Source: Felis catus (Eukaryota). Taken from it: DNA of 64,000 nt. Position 1 is the stretch's first letter. Each line of letters starts with the position of its first letter. This document shows, in pieces, positions 62,724 through 64,000 of this stretch. The stretch is taken from assembly GCF_018350175.1 (NCBI RefSeq), contig NC_058368.1:77874001-77938000 (forward strand), read 5' to 3'. The notes beneath the pieces were generated by a model. That model did not search any database. It was not told where the DNA came from and was given only the letters and a program-made list of their open reading frames with translations. Made by a program: the position numbers and the translations under genes.

Positions 62724-62928
62724 GGCACCTGGGTGGCTCAGTCGGTTAAGTGCCCGACTTTTGATTTCAGCTCAGGTCATGATCTCACGGTTAGTGGGAC
62801 CGAGCCCCACATCGGGCTCTGCACTGCCCCAACAGAGCCTGCTTGGGATTCTCTCTCTTCCTCTCTCTTTGCCCCTCCCCCTCTAGCTCTGTCTCTCTCA
62901 AAATAAATAAACATTAAAATAAAAAAAA
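62724..62928 (+). mobile_element. SINEC
   Basis: Head, CT body and A tail, with aaaaaagctt flanks. Confidence 0.92.
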
Positions 62929-64000
62929 GCTTCCGTTATCTTAAGAGACATATGTCAAGGATCACTGTGATTTAACGACAGAATTCGTTTCTTTTGGAGG
63001 CTCAGAGAAAGAATCATGAAGAATATGACTCTAGACAAAGAGTCTGATTAGAATTTGATATTGTTGGCACAATTTCAACCCACAAACATAACCCAAGAAC
63101 TCCACCACCAGCCAATTATTTGATAACCCTTTTCTTCCCCGTTGTACAAGTTTCCATTTTAAAAATACAACGTATTTATGAATAATTAACACATTTATAT
63201 ATATCAGAGGTAGATAACAAGCAGAGCTTTGGGGGCAACATGAAAATAAACCATGTACAAAAAAAAAAAAAAAACAAAGAATAACAACAAGAATACCATC
63301 CATGATACTTTAAAAAGAAAAATGGCTAAACCAAAGCTCAAAAAGCCCTGTTAACACTTGAGATTATCTGTTCCAGCTTTACTGAAAGAAAGGTCTCTCA
63401 TTTGTTTTATGGAATATTAAAAATAAAGCAATGTAGAGTCTACAAATACCACTTCCAGGAACTCAGTTTCACTTATATTTGGACTAGGATGTGAACAAAA
63501 TTCTATCAAGACATACACTTGTGTATATTACAATATAAAACAAGTTGGCATGAGTGATGTTTATATGGCAGGAGAAATGAGGCATGGGAATCCATTCGTG
63601 TGTGTCCAGCACTGTCCCAGGAGCTGGGCAGAATTTCTGGTGAATTCCAGTGAAGCATGCTCTGCCGTGTGAATGGGGATAATTCATCACGTTCTCTCAG
63701 GCGTCTAGATCAAAGGACTCTGAAAGGCTTCAACTCTGTGTGTTAAACAAACAACCGTCTGTCCAAAGTGTGCCTCACAAGGTAACTTATTCTGGAAAGG
63801 AGATAACCTAGATGGCAAAGGTATCACTGAGAAAACTTCTCCTCTCATGTAGAACCTTTTGGAAAACTCTGGGTTATCCATTAGTCCCTTGTGAGGTTGG
63901 TTTCTGTTGGTCAGCAACTGCAATTTGGTCAAAAGCCTTAGCCTGGGCGTGGGTTATAGAAACTCTTCTATACCATTTGGCATTTTAAGAAGCTCAGGCT

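Noticed and set aside
63705..63932. 75-aa minus-strand ORF near the window end as an upstream exon
   Set aside because: No clear donor/acceptor pair giving a compatible phase, and no recognisable homology.

Overview
Mammalian genomic DNA from a felid, judged by tRNA-derived SINEC_Fc/CanSINE elements and cat-type L1 3' ends. Most of the window is intronic or intergenic and rich in repeats: about 21 carnivore SINEs, one near-full-length decayed L1 (9.2-15.9 kb), several truncated L1s including two young ones with target-site duplications (TSDs), L2 remnants, an MLT1 LTR, a MER33/MER53-type nested DNA transposon and several STRs. Two gene-derived features stand out. First, a 5'-truncated processed pseudogene of LSM1 (17528-18145, +) with 3'UTR, poly(A) tail and TSD. 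Second, a chain of small minus-strand exons (about 56.6 kb down to 23.3 kb) that the ORF track does not show. They splice into one open frame of about 160 aa, apparently the C-terminal part of a large gene I cannot name. The model needs two GC-AG introns and includes a candidate microexon and a tandem-duplicated donor site. I see no prokaryotic-type system (CRISPR, defence island, operon) and no evidence strong enough to claim a new biological system. The exon chain and its unusual splice sites are the best lead. Repeat family names and boundaries are by eye and approximate.
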